Notes under the pieces: model-generated
Told to the model about the DNA's origin: nothing
What the model saw: the letters and a program-made list of their open reading frames with translations, nothing else
The model's database searches: none
Program-made: the position numbers and the translations under genes
Part shown: one piece after another, positions 28,793 to 39,912 of the stretch
Layout of the letters: every line of letters begins with the position of its first letter
Numbering within the stretch: the first letter of the stretch is position 1
Assembly: GCA_030867685.1 (NCBI GenBank)
Contig: JAQOWU010000003.1
Span: 248,001-312,000 of the forward strand
Reading direction: 5' to 3'
Source: Wickerhamiella versatilis
Lineage: Eukaryota
DNA length: 64,000 nt

Positions 28793-31522
28793 CTAGACTA
28801 CTCTGAATGTACCTCTGTCAGGTCCAAAGTAGCCTCTAGGATCCGTTATAGGATATGTGGCACTGCTATTAGCATCTAAAGTATTGCCCACAACATTGTT
28901 ACCCCACCAGCTATCATCAGGGTGGTGGTGATACTGAGTGGCGAAGAACACAAACAAGGCAGCAAAAGCAATGCCAACAGAAACACCTTGGTACGCAATA
29001 TATGAATATTTATTCCAGAAACGTGGATATTTCTTTTCCACAACGAAATGCCAAATAGCACCGAGGTAGAAATTGGGGAAGTAATACATCCAGTTGTAGT
29101 TCTGACCCCAATCCCTACCAGCATTCAGAATGACAATTTCATGGATTCCTTGGAGCCAGCTGAATTTCAAAAACTTGTGCAATCGTGAATCCTCGGGATA
29201 GCGCTTAGCAAAAGTGGGTAAAATGACCTTGCACACCCAAAAAGGTATAGGATACAGGGCACCGAGTAGAAAAGTCCACTTGAGGGTGGGATATATTTGC
29301 TCAAAGATAACACGTGAGCCGATAGTACCGAAACCTACAGCATTGTTGAAAGCACTTTCTGCGGTGACACAGTAGAATCTCGAGGGATAACCTACTTCGC
29401 AGAAGTGAGGTATGCCGCCCCCAGCCTGCCAAGACATGATTCCAGACATGACCAAAGAAGTCAAAACCGTCGATATTAGCTGGCCACGAAACATTGCGCG
29501 CGGTTTGATTCCTGAGTAATGTGCAATCTTCTGATTGTCAACCCAATTGTCAGTTTGCTCTGTAAAGCAGTAGGCATAATATTGAGCAAAGAGATTACCA
29601 GTTCCATTGTGGTCAAGAGCTAGTCCAAAAATAATAGACAGGAACTGCTGGGGACTGAAGAAGTATGTAGTAGTGGAGCGCAGGGTATTTGCAGGAAGTA
29701 GAAGTAACCATGCAATTGCTGCACCTACAAACAATGTCCATACAGGACAGTTGACAAATCCCCAATGCTCCACCGTTGCAATTGATAGACCGAAACCAAC
29801 ACATAGCAAAATACCATACCAGTATTCTGGTGCCTCGGGATGCTTTTTCATTTCGCGGCTGAAACGGTCGTCATAGTTTTCAAGAATTTTAGTGCTTGAA
29901 ACTACTCCTTTTGCAAAGGAGCCAATGTTTTTGACCAACAGTTTCCACTTGTAAAGAATCATCCATACTACCACAGCAGGCATATACATAAAGTTGACGC
30001 CATAGTTTAGAAGGAATCCTGCAGAGAAATATGGCTGGCTGTAATTCTGATATCTTTCAGTATTGAACGAATTATCATCGTTGAGTACTCGGCTCACGTT
30101 AAATTCTTGGCCTTCGTTGTCGAAGAGACCTGCAGTATTGATAGGCAAGTATTTTGTAAATCGTACATTAGTGTACCACATGATAATAATTGCGATCGTG
30201 CAGATGAGATACCCCGTAGTCCATTGCCATAACCATCTCCATGGTATGTAGAAAAATGTACAGCCCGACCCAACAACATTCGGATCGAATGTGGCTAGCG
30301 GATTAAGTGCTAGGCCAGTGGTTACACCAGTCATAGCATTCAGATCTACGTTATTCGGATCAATCCATGTCATCCACCCAAATTGTGAAAGTGCTTGAAA
30401 CCCTACGTTGGTGACCCAATACCACAAGAAATTAGCCCATCCAATAACCCAGAACATTTCATGCATTGTAAGCCGTAACCAAAGTGGCCTTTCGCGAGGT
30501 TCTTTTTCCGTAATTGCGCGCCCCAATGTGTTGAGATAAAGTGAGTCATAAAAAACACATTCCTCTGGGTATACAAAAAAGGTTCTCATAATACCGGCAA
30601 GTCCGAATCCAGTCAAGGCGAAAGATAGTTGTGCCATGATTACGAACCCAAAGGAAGCTGGACCATTTTTCAAGTCGCCAAGACCAAAAAATTTATCTGC
30701 AGATAAGGCTACTGCGACATCCTCTGCCCAGTTGCACCCGATACTCACTGCAAAAACCACTGAGCCAAACATTTGCTCGCGGTAGCTCCAAGGTTTTCCA
30801 GAGTTAAGGACAAACTTGCGACCCCACCCTAGAGGTACAACTATGCGAGGCAGCAATGCCCACAATTTACCTGTTCCCGCCATGAGTATTTGAATAGCAC
30901 CACCGCTGAGCGTCACCGGAGGCTGACGTTCATAGAAAAATGTGTCCAAAGAACACGCTGCCATAGCCCAGAAAAGACTGAGAAAGTATGTCCGAAAGTT
31001 CTCATAATCTTCACTTTCCTCCCATCCGTACGGTTTAGTGCACGACCGTACCTGTGGATATACACTCCAATCGTATATGAGGTACGTCTCAAAGGCAACA
31101 ACAGTTTCGTATTCCTGCTCCTTCATATCCTCAATGGGATGGCCATCGGCAAGATCTTTGAGAAAACCGAGAAAATCACCAGGAACATTGTCATCATCCT
31201 CGTATCTCAATACTCTTTCACGTAAAATCTCAAGCCATTCCTCAAAACTGCGATCTTGCATGTGGCTCAGAATATATTCCCACAACTCAGGCGGAATCGT
31301 CTTCGCACTCCAGCTGCAGTATTTGCGGATCGTGTATTCTTGAATACTTGCTTCTTCGGATGTAACTAATTCATTCTTTAGTCCTTCCACATCGCCATAT
31401 GCCTCAACCTTTGAATTAGCGCCTTTTTCGACGTCTGCTGACGGAACAATCTGCGGGATTCTGTCAGGATCCGGTGCACCTGAATTTACGGTGCCTCCAG
31501 AGGCAATCGGCTGCATATTCAT
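28793..31522 (-). CDS. OPT-family oligopeptide transporter (Opt2-like), copy 1
   Basis: WSVYPQVR, NSGKPWSYREQMF, GFGLAGIMR, YSQPYFSAG, KIAHYSGIKPR, WWGNNV, GYFGP. Confidence 0.92.
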   Translation of the reverse strand: MNMQPIASGGTVNSGAPDPDRIPQIVPSADVEKGANSKVEAYGDVEGLKNELVTSEEASIQEYTIRKYCSWSAKTIPPELWEYILSHMQDRSFEEWLEILRERVLRYEDDDNVPGDFLGFLKDLADGHPIEDMKEQEYETVVAFETYLIYDWSVYPQVRSCTKPYGWEESEDYENFRTYFLSLFWAMAACSLDTFFYERQPPVTLSGGAIQILMAGTGKLWALLPRIVVPLGWGRKFVLNSGKPWSYREQMFGSVVFAVSIGCNWAEDVAVALSADKFFGLGDLKNGPASFGFVIMAQLSFALTGFGLAGIMRTFFVYPEECVFYDSLYLNTLGRAITEKEPRERPLWLRLTMHEMFWVIGWANFLWYWVTNVGFQALSQFGWMTWIDPNNVDLNAMTGVTTGLALNPLATFDPNVVGSGCTFFYIPWRWLWQWTTGYLICTIAIIIMWYTNVRFTKYLPINTAGLFDNEGQEFNVSRVLNDDNSFNTERYQNYSQPYFSAGFLLNYGVNFMYMPAVVVWMILYKWKLLVKNIGSFAKGVVSSTKILENYDDRFSREMKKHPEAPEYWYGILLCVGFGLSIATVEHWGFVNCPVWTLFVGAAIAWLLLLPANTLRSTTTYFFSPQQFLSIIFGLALDHNGTGNLFAQYYAYCFTEQTDNWVDNQKIAHYSGIKPRAMFRGQLISTVLTSLVMSGIMSWQAGGGIPHFCEVGYPSRFYCVTAESAFNNAVGFGTIGSRVIFEQIYPTLKWTFLLGALYPIPFWVCKVILPTFAKRYPEDSRLHKFLKFSWLQGIHEIVILNAGRDWGQNYNWMYYFPNFYLGAIWHFVVEKKYPRFWNKYSYIAYQGVSVGIAFAALFVFFATQYHHHPDDSWWGNNVVGNTLDANSSATYPITDPRGYFGPDRGTFRVV

Positions 31523-31940
31523 CTAAGAAGTGAACAAATGTACAGATAGATAGGAAGGATTATATTATTCTATGCGAAGTAGCCCAATATGATCATTTAA
31601 TTATATCAAGGGTTTGGTTATGATGCAACTTCCTAGAATATGATGCAACTATTTAGGGTATGGTACTTCATTTATGGCCGTATCATTGGTGGGTCATTTC
31701 GTCCGTAGTATCCTGCTCACGGAATCAGAATAGTAAAATCTTGCCAAGGGGCTATTTCCCATTTTCTTTATTGTCTCTATGCATGATAAGGTGAATATCT
31801 ATCTTAACTTTGGAGTTTTTTGGTCAGTTGTCACGGTCTTATACATCTGGCCTTTAATGACCCACTGCACTTTAACTATAGCCGCTCATCAGGGGTTTCT
31901 TAGCCCTGAAAAATTTCTCTAACTACGTTTATGAGGAACA

Positions 31941-32550
31941 ACTTTCTCATGAAAGACTAACATATTTGCCTCGTTGGAATCTTTCAGTCTTCAGTTGTTG
32001 AGCTTCAATACATTTATACTCATCCGGTAGTTTATTCTGCCGTTTGCCTCGGTTCTAAAGTCCCACCCTTGCACTGACGTGCCGTGATCAACCCCAACCC
32101 TGGATATGAGATGACATGATGATCATTCCGAGACTGCCGAGTTTCCCACTAAGAATATTACAAATATCCTTAATTCTGAAGCCAAGCAGTTCCAGATATG
32201 TATAATTTGATTGACGGTCGATAGTTGCCGCAGATCAGATAGGAATAAGAATGTCAGCAGTCCATATCAAGCAATCACCCTTCTGTGGCAATATCGCACG
32301 ACAAGCACCTTCTAGGCAGTGTATCGCACCCCACCCTCCAGGAAAGTGTTATTTTCTCTGGAAGAACGTGGAAACATTGAGAAGGGAATAAATTTAGAGT
32401 AGAGGCTTAGATCTTAGGCGCAGTACATCAAACGGATGCAGAAAATACAAATTTATATAGAGTTAGACAAGATATTAGTGATGTAAAATACTCAATGCGA
32501 GGCTATCAGAATCTGTAAAATCTAAGAGTAGTGAGGTAGGCTACCTTGCA
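31941..32550 (-). pseudogene. Degenerate ORF relic, copy A of a ~600-bp diverged duplication
   Basis: Aligns by eye with 36659-37301. Minus-strand fragments SLYSKFIP, CLEGACRAILPQKG, RIFVIFLVGNSAV and TEANGRINYR, interrupted by stops and frameshifts. Confidence 0.65.
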
Positions 32551-32793
32551 AGTATCACAGAGGGATCAGTCAAACGATTTGTCTTGTTTGAGAAAAGCAC
32601 ATATAAGCCTTCAACCAGGTAGGCTTATATAATTCATTTAGGTCGTATTTTGACATGGAAAATCTTCGTATTCTAATTTAAATGTAAATTAAAGATTTTG
32701 ACTCCGTACGTACATAACGATAGTGATTACATTGTATATTGGCAGAAAAGACATTAACCTCTTCCAAGCAAGCTGCTAAACATCTAAAGTTAT

Positions 32794-35544
32794 TTAGTCC
32801 ACCCGAAAAGTTCCTCTGTCAGGTCCAAAGTATCCCCTGGGGTCCGTTATATTGTAGATAGCCTTTTCATTACCGTCAAGCGTGTTGGTGTATACTGTAT
32901 TTCCCCACCAATTATCAGTGCCTTCACCGACATCATGATGATATTGGGCCGCAAAAAAGCAGAAAAGTGCGGCAAAAGCAATGCCAACCGAAACAGCATT
33001 ATAGAGAATGTAGGAATACTTGCTCCAAAACCTTGGGTACTTCTTTTCTGCTATAAAATGCCATAACGCACCGAGGTAGAAGTTGGGGAAATACTGCATC
33101 CAGTTGTAACTAGTACCCCAAGACATACCGGCATTCAAAATTACAATCTCGTGAATGTTTTGGAGCCAGCTGAATTTTAAGATCTTGTGTGTACGCGAAT
33201 CTTCTGGATAGCGCTCGGCAAGCATAGGCAGAAGCTTTTTGCAAACAAAAAATGGAATAGGGAAGAGAGCACCAATCAGAAAGGTCCACTTAAGCGTAGG
33301 ATAAATTTGGTTGAATGTAACGTGTGGGCCAATAGTACCAAATGCGACCGCGTCATTGAAATAAGTCTTGGCAGAAACACAGCGGAAATGAGCGTCATCA
33401 TCAGTGTCACAAAATGTTGGAGTCTGTTTGCCTTGAGCTTGCCATGTAACAATACCTGCCATAACAAAAGCACTTAAAATTGTGGATATAAGCTGGCCAC
33501 GGAACATAGATCGCGGTTTAATGCCGGAGTAATGTGCAATTTTCTGGTTATCCACCCAATTATCAGTTTGTTCGGTAAAACAATAAGCATAGTACTGGGC
33601 AAATAAATTCCCAGTTCCATTGTGATCCAATGCCAAGCCAAAGACAATGGACAAAAATTTAGCTGGGCTGAAGAAATAGGTAGTGGTGGCACGAAGGGTG
33701 TTTGCTGGGAGCAAAAGCAGCCACGAGATGGCAGCGCCAACAAACAATGTCCACACAGGACAATTGACAAATCCATAATGCTCAACACAGGCAATAGACA
33801 ACGCAAAGCCGATGCACAACATGGCTAGGTACCAGTACTCTGGAGCTTCCTTATGCTTCTTCATATCACGGCTGAAGCGGTCATCGTAGTTCTCCAAAAT
33901 CTTCGTACTGGAAGTAATTCCTTTTACGAAGGAGGAAAAATTCTTCACCATGAGTTTCCATTTATAAAGAATCATCCACATGATGACAGCTGGCATGTAC
34001 ATGAAGCTGACACCGTAATTCAGCAAGAAACCAGCTGAAAAGTATGGCTGGCTGTACTGCTGGTATGCTTCAACATCGAATTGAGTGCCATTCAAAACCT
34101 TGGTCACATTGAATGTTTGACCCTCGTTGTCAAATATATCGTTGGTATTAATGGGAAGGTGTTTGGTATATCGCACATTTGTATACCACATGATGATTAT
34201 AGCAATTGTGCAGATAAATAACCCCAGGGTCCACTGCCATAGCCAGATCCATGGGGTGTAAAAGAATGACATGCCTAATCCTGCCTGGTTTGGATCAAAC
34301 GTCTCAATTGGGTTAATTCCTAAGCCTGTCACACTACCAGTCATCGCACTGAGATCAACATTATCGGGCTTGATCCAAGTAATCCAGTCAAAGTATGAAA
34401 GGGCCACAAAACCGAGGTTAGTCACCCAGTACCATGCGAAATTACACCATCCAACAAGCCAGAACATTTCTGATGATTTCAATCTTACTGATAGCGGTTT
34501 TTCTCGAGGCTCGTGCTCGGTTATAGCACGTCCCAAAGAGTTGAAGTAAAGCGAATCATAGTATACGCACTCCTCAGGGTAGACAAAGAAGGTTCTCATA
34601 ATTCCAGCCAGTCCAAATCCCGTTAGTGCAAAAGAGAGCTGTGTCAAGATGACGAATCCAAATGAAGCGGGACCCTGCGGATCAACACTTCCGTCTGGAA
34701 GAAATCCAAGATTGAAGAAATTTTTATTGGAAAGAGCGACTGCGACATCTTCCGACCAGTTACAACCGATACTCACAGCAAATACAACAGTGCCAAACAT
34801 CTGTTCTCTGTAGCTCCACGGGTTTCCCGAATTGATAACCAACTCACGACCACGTCCCAGAGGAACCACAATGCGGGGGAGTTTCGCCCAGAGCTTTCCT
34901 ACCGCAGCCATTAAGATTTGAATGGCTCCACCGCCCAGACTAATTGGGGGGTAGCGCTCATAAAAGAATGTATCCAGCACGCAAGCAGCCAGGGAAAAGA
35001 ATAGACTAATAACATATGTACGAAAGTTTTCATAGTCCTCACTCTCATCCCAGCCATAAGGCTTGGTACATGTGCGTACCTGGGGATAGATACTCCAATC
35101 GTATATGATGTAGGTTTCGAAAGCCACCACGGTTTCATAATCTTCTTGGGTCATGTCTCCTATGGGCTCGCCTCCGGCAAGATCCTTAAGGAATTCGATG
35201 TAGTCACTTGGGACATTCTCGTCCTCACTAAACCGCTCAGCACGCTCACCAAGAATTGCTAGCCACTCAGTGAAAGTACGATCTGTCATATGGGTTAAAA
35301 TATACTCCCACATATCGGGGGGAACTGTGCTAGCGGTCCACGTACAGTAACGACGGATAGCTGTCTCTTGAATACTCATTTCCTCAGATGTAACAATTAC
35401 TCCGGAGATTTTTTCCAGATTCTCATCGATACCACTAGTCTTTGGCATTTTCTCAACATCGTGGGTTGGTATCTGAGGAATTCTGTCGGGATCCATGGAT
35501 CCCGACGCGACAGTGCCTCCAGAAGCAATCGGTTGAATGCCCAT
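32794..35544 (-). CDS. OPT-family oligopeptide transporter, copy 2 (tandem paralogue of copy 1)
   Basis: Shares the N-terminal QPIASGGTV..DPDRIPQI and C-terminal ITDPRGYFGPDRGTFRV with copy 1. Confidence 0.92.
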   Translation of the reverse strand: MGIQPIASGGTVASGSMDPDRIPQIPTHDVEKMPKTSGIDENLEKISGVIVTSEEMSIQETAIRRYCTWTASTVPPDMWEYILTHMTDRTFTEWLAILGERAERFSEDENVPSDYIEFLKDLAGGEPIGDMTQEDYETVVAFETYIIYDWSIYPQVRTCTKPYGWDESEDYENFRTYVISLFFSLAACVLDTFFYERYPPISLGGGAIQILMAAVGKLWAKLPRIVVPLGRGRELVINSGNPWSYREQMFGTVVFAVSIGCNWSEDVAVALSNKNFFNLGFLPDGSVDPQGPASFGFVILTQLSFALTGFGLAGIMRTFFVYPEECVYYDSLYFNSLGRAITEHEPREKPLSVRLKSSEMFWLVGWCNFAWYWVTNLGFVALSYFDWITWIKPDNVDLSAMTGSVTGLGINPIETFDPNQAGLGMSFFYTPWIWLWQWTLGLFICTIAIIIMWYTNVRYTKHLPINTNDIFDNEGQTFNVTKVLNGTQFDVEAYQQYSQPYFSAGFLLNYGVSFMYMPAVIMWMILYKWKLMVKNFSSFVKGITSSTKILENYDDRFSRDMKKHKEAPEYWYLAMLCIGFALSIACVEHYGFVNCPVWTLFVGAAISWLLLLPANTLRATTTYFFSPAKFLSIVFGLALDHNGTGNLFAQYYAYCFTEQTDNWVDNQKIAHYSGIKPRSMFRGQLISTILSAFVMAGIVTWQAQGKQTPTFCDTDDDAHFRCVSAKTYFNDAVAFGTIGPHVTFNQIYPTLKWTFLIGALFPIPFFVCKKLLPMLAERYPEDSRTHKILKFSWLQNIHEIVILNAGMSWGTSYNWMQYFPNFYLGALWHFIAEKKYPRFWSKYSYILYNAVSVGIAFAALFCFFAAQYHHDVGEGTDNWWGNTVYTNTLDGNEKAIYNITDPRGYFGPDRGTFRVD

Positions 35545-36658
35545 TTGGAAAGCTACACTCGGATAGCCGCTGCTAAGTGTAAAAATTCAGCATCCAATAG
35601 GAACATCGGTAATTTATATAGTCGAGTGGGACAAGTAGGAGATAAGATTAATGGTGTTAGGGTTAGGGTGCTTCGTTTGCCAGAGTCCATTTGGCACAAA
35701 ATTCTGATCTTCTATGGATCCAAATAAGTTCTTTTTCATTTTCCTTGGCATGATATATCACCTGTATACCCAATTACGCGGGTTAAATGAAGCTTACATC
35801 ATCTGGCTAGCGTATTTTCTGGTTTAGGGGAGCCATATCTTTAGCTATGTTGCATTGCATGGTCTTGTCCGTGTTCACTACAAGCTAGTAGCTCATCGTT
35901 CTCGATCAACTGAACGCATTCTAAGATATTTCCGAAGGATATCGTCGAGCAATTTTTATGACTACCGGGATTGTCTAATTTTTATCGCGAAAGCGAGATG
36001 CTAATAATGACACCGAATATAAGGGTTAACGGTTTTTTGTACAAAAGGGGGGGTATTTGGTCAAAATATTCCGGACAACTTGCGTGACTGAATTCTAAAG
36101 CACCGCTTATCTGATGCTGCCATATTTGTTTCAAGTTTGGAGCGCTATACGAGCTCTCCTGAAGGATCTCTAAAGAGGTCTGACGTGTTGTAACAGTCTA
36201 CTAGTTCCGAGACTTAGTTGCTATAATCTTAATAAATATTTACCCTGGTATGCTCTAGGCAATTTCCGGTATCAATAGGCTATATATTCATCTTCGGAGT
36301 GAAAAAATTGGAGGGGGAGAGAAAACGGATTGTCTGTTTTGTGCAAGATAGCCCACCATGATTATTTAATTACGTATAGTATTAGGGTAAGGCACAACTT
36401 TATTCGTGGTTACATTATTGGTGGGCCATCTTCATTGCAAGATCTTGTCCACAGACCCGTAGAATTAAAGCTTTCAAAACGGAATACTCTGCATAATTTT
36501 TGTGCTTCTCTGCGATATTGATGTGTATAGGGTGTACCTCTAATAGCTTAGATGTCATGATGTTGTGCATCTGGCCTCTACTGATACCATTCTCCTTAGA
36601 TGTAGCTGTCTATAAAAGTTTTACTTGTACCAAAACGCTTCCCTGGCTTCTCTAGTAT

Positions 36659-37301
36659 CACTCCCATAGGATGAACATGTTTGCCTCGCCCAAATCTTTT
36701 TTAGTCCTTAGCTTTTGAGTTCCAAGGCACATACAACTATCCGATAGTTCATCCTGCCGTTTGTCTCTGTTTTGAATACTCACCTTTTCTTGGAGAGGTG
36801 TGACGCGCCTTAAATACCCTACCCTCCTGAATAAGACATGACGAGATGTGATTATGATTATCCGAAGACTGCTGAGTTTACCATTAAGACCATTACAAAT
36901 ATTCTAGAGTCTCCAGCCAAGCCATTCGAGATGTGGACACGTTCATTGACGAATGGTAGTTGTTGACGATTACTTAGAGTTAAGTTTGACTATCAGTATT
37001 CCATATGAAGCAATTAGGACCCTTCTGTGGCATAATCGTAAGACACGCTCCTTCCAGACAGAGTGTTACACCAAACTTCTAATTCAAAGCATAGTTGCTT
37101 CTGGGAGGACATAGGAACGTTGAGGTGGGAATGAACTCAGAATAGATGCTTACTACTTAGATGGTTGGAATGGTATATTGAATAGATGCAGGAAATCCAG
37201 CATATAGCAAGTCAAACTTTAATGATGTAAGGTCATCATTGTGATGTTATCAGAATCTTTGCAACTTTTGGAAATACTAGTAGTGAGATAGGCTACCCTG
37301 C
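36659..37301 (-). pseudogene. Degenerate ORF relic, copy B of the duplication
   Basis: Minus-strand fragments SIYSEFIP, CLEGACLTIMPQKG, RIFVMVLMVNSAV and TETNGRMNYR; in-frame stops. Confidence 0.65.
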
Positions 37302-37991
37302 CATGTCTGGCAAACCCCAATAAACTAATCACCCACGCATTATATACCTCTCAATTTAGCATCATAAGGTTGCTTTTTTGATCTAAACATGCAGGAATAT
37401 GGGTTAGACTATCAGAACGAGAATGAAGACACGGCTATCTTGATCCATCCCCAGAAGAAAAAAAGATACCTATGAAATCGAGTCATAATAGTGGTTTATC
37501 GTTATGAAGGTTATGTATTAGACATCTTAAAGTGCGGATGTTTTCATCACCTTTGTATTAAAAGAGATTTGCTCATCCTCATCGTTCACCCAGTCTATGG
37601 AGTTATTATTGACATTGCCACACAACAGGCTGGTAGAATTTCCAATTTTGCTTACAGCATTGCCTTGGTGGTCAGTAACATGTGTGACCTCGCTTGGGAT
37701 TCCCTAGTGCATCGGACCTCATTAAACTGCGCATGGGCACCGTTTCCACATTTAAGAAGGTCCCCTGTCTGCAGTTCCCACATACGTTGTGGAATTATCC
37801 TTGGATACTATCTTAGTCTCTTCAGTAAATGCTCATAACAAAATATCTCAACGGACACTTCTATCCCGTGAGATAACATTATACCTACTTCTGAAATTAG
37901 TGAGACGCTTCCTATCGATGTGACACTTAAAATCGGCAAGGGTCGTAAACTCTTCACCAAACTCACATCGGAAAAAAATATCAGTTCTAAG

Positions 37992-38561
37992 CTAATGTTT
38001 CAAATTGACATGTTTTTTCAAGGCCTCAGAGGACGTATAGAGTTTTCCACAATCGGAACAGCGCATTTCCTGACCCATGTGAACGGTGCGGACATGGTCA
38101 CGCTCTAGGGATAATGTAGGATTCTTGCGTGCCCTAGGAATATTACATGTTTCAAACTTGCATCCATAGAATACCTTACCTTTCTCATTAATCCTGTCCA
38201 TGAATTCATCCTCATCTTTGCTACCGTAACCATCAGGATCCCCCTTGTTCAGGTCAGCTAGATAATCTGGATGCTTTGCCTTCACATGCCTGTGGCGCAG
38301 ATCCCTTCTCCCATATCGAGAGGAGCACCCAGGGCCTGGGCAATCGTATAACTTGTTTTCGTGCTTATGGCGTATATGATCTCGTATAGACCATATTTTT
38401 ATATGCTTCTCATTCTTGCACAACTTGCACTGAAAATGGAATTTCCCCTGTCCTTCAATTCTTTCCCATTTCGAATCTTGGGGCAATGTGCCTTCTGCAC
38501 CGTTCGCATTTGGCTCGCAGCGTAACTGCTTGGGCTTAGAGGAAGTATCTGTGCCATTCAT
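37992..38561 (-). CDS. C2H2 zinc-finger protein, probably truncated or decaying
   Basis: Four finger-like units (CKLC..HIRHKH; CPGPGC..HVKAKH; CKFETC..HVRTVH; CSDC..HVNLKH); a degenerate fifth finger follows the stop in frame. Confidence 0.75.
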   Translation of the reverse strand: MNGTDTSSKPKQLRCEPNANGAEGTLPQDSKWERIEGQGKFHFQCKLCKNEKHIKIWSIRDHIRHKHENKLYDCPGPGCSSRYGRRDLRHRHVKAKHPDYLADLNKGDPDGYGSKDEDEFMDRINEKGKVFYGCKFETCNIPRARKNPTLSLERDHVRTVHMGQEMRCSDCGKLYTSSEALKKHVNLKH

Positions 38562-39912
38562 GTTGAGTCGATATGAGTCGTGTAGACCTCAAATTTACTG
38601 CGAATAGAGGGGTATTTATATTTTTTGGCTGGTGGTTTCAAGTCCCATCTCCAAGTCCCGTGGCTTTGGGGTGCGGTGAGGAGACCTGACATAAATTATA
38701 ATGAGCCTTGAAGGATAACCGAAAAAAAATTGGAGGAATCCGTTCCAATTGAAAATTTATTGCGGAAATAGTTAATAGAGCATTGTACCGTGTGTCCAGA
38801 AGTCCCACCCACCATATATATATATATTTATTGCGATGACGCGTTCATAAAGGCCTAACCCTAATCGCCGAAAGAGCCCACATAAGTATTTAGTAATAAA
38901 TGCATATAAAAGTATCTGTGTTCAATGGCTACGACAAAGCCATTTAGAACATGAAGAGAGCTTTTGCTCATGATAAATATATCTTAATTATTATAGTAAT
39001 ATACTTATTATTGTTTTATCACTAATTAAGGGCTTTGCTGCGATGCCACTACACTCACCAAGTTATGATACCCTAGCCCGTGTGAGGAGAACGCGTCTGA
39101 TGTGTATACTACGTTTCCTTGGCAAAACCAGGATTTAGCAACTATGCAAGACATGAGAAATACAATGGGAATAAATTTATGAGGCCTTGCCTGAGGCATA
39201 AATACTGGCTACCTGCTAAATTTCTAATGCCAGTTGTTTGAAGTCCAATCATGAAAAACTAAATTTAGGATATTGTGTTTGTTGTCGTACATATCAGAGT
39301 AGACATGTCGTTAAAACAGCCAGACATGGTAACCTGCAGCTAATCACAATTTAATATTTAGAGGCCAGCATACCTCGAAAACTTAGGTTTGTGAGATTGA
39401 CCAATGAAATGGAGCCACTAAATGTATGTTTATTTCACCATACTATGTACAAGACAGAGAAATAGATCACTTAAATACTGTAGCATGAAAAAATAAGGAC
39501 TTTAGGGGCTCAATCCATCTTATAGTGTAATGAAATAGCTGGTTTACACAAACTAGTCGATAGGAGAGAATGCGGGCGTATGAGAAATGCGCTTCTCACA
39601 AACGCAAGGCAAACAGGGCACGCACAACACATATGACCAGCCGCATGTCAATATTCGAGATTTAGAGATTTAAGCGTACCGTATAAAGCTATTGCTAGTC
39701 CTTTCTTTTCATATCCCAGAACACTTGAAGTGAAGTCACTTGCTCAAATTAAGTTTTGCTTAAAAGAAAGTCGAATAATTAGTAGTAAATAATAGCTTAG
39801 TTAACTATCACTTTTGTTGGATACATACTAGCTCCCAGCGTGCGTGTGAGATATAATCAGTTGAATTATTGAATGATCAGATATTTTTATCCAATACTTG
39901 CTAGCAAGCAAA

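Noticed and set aside
37491-37838. 115-aa ORF on the + strand
   Set aside because: GTG start, no motifs; probably the antisense shadow of the decayed zinc-finger gene tail.
35657-38864. TTAGGGTTAGGG (35657) and CCTAACCCTAA (~38853) as telomeric repeats
   Set aside because: Only about two units each, in promoters; more likely Tbf1-type sites or chance.
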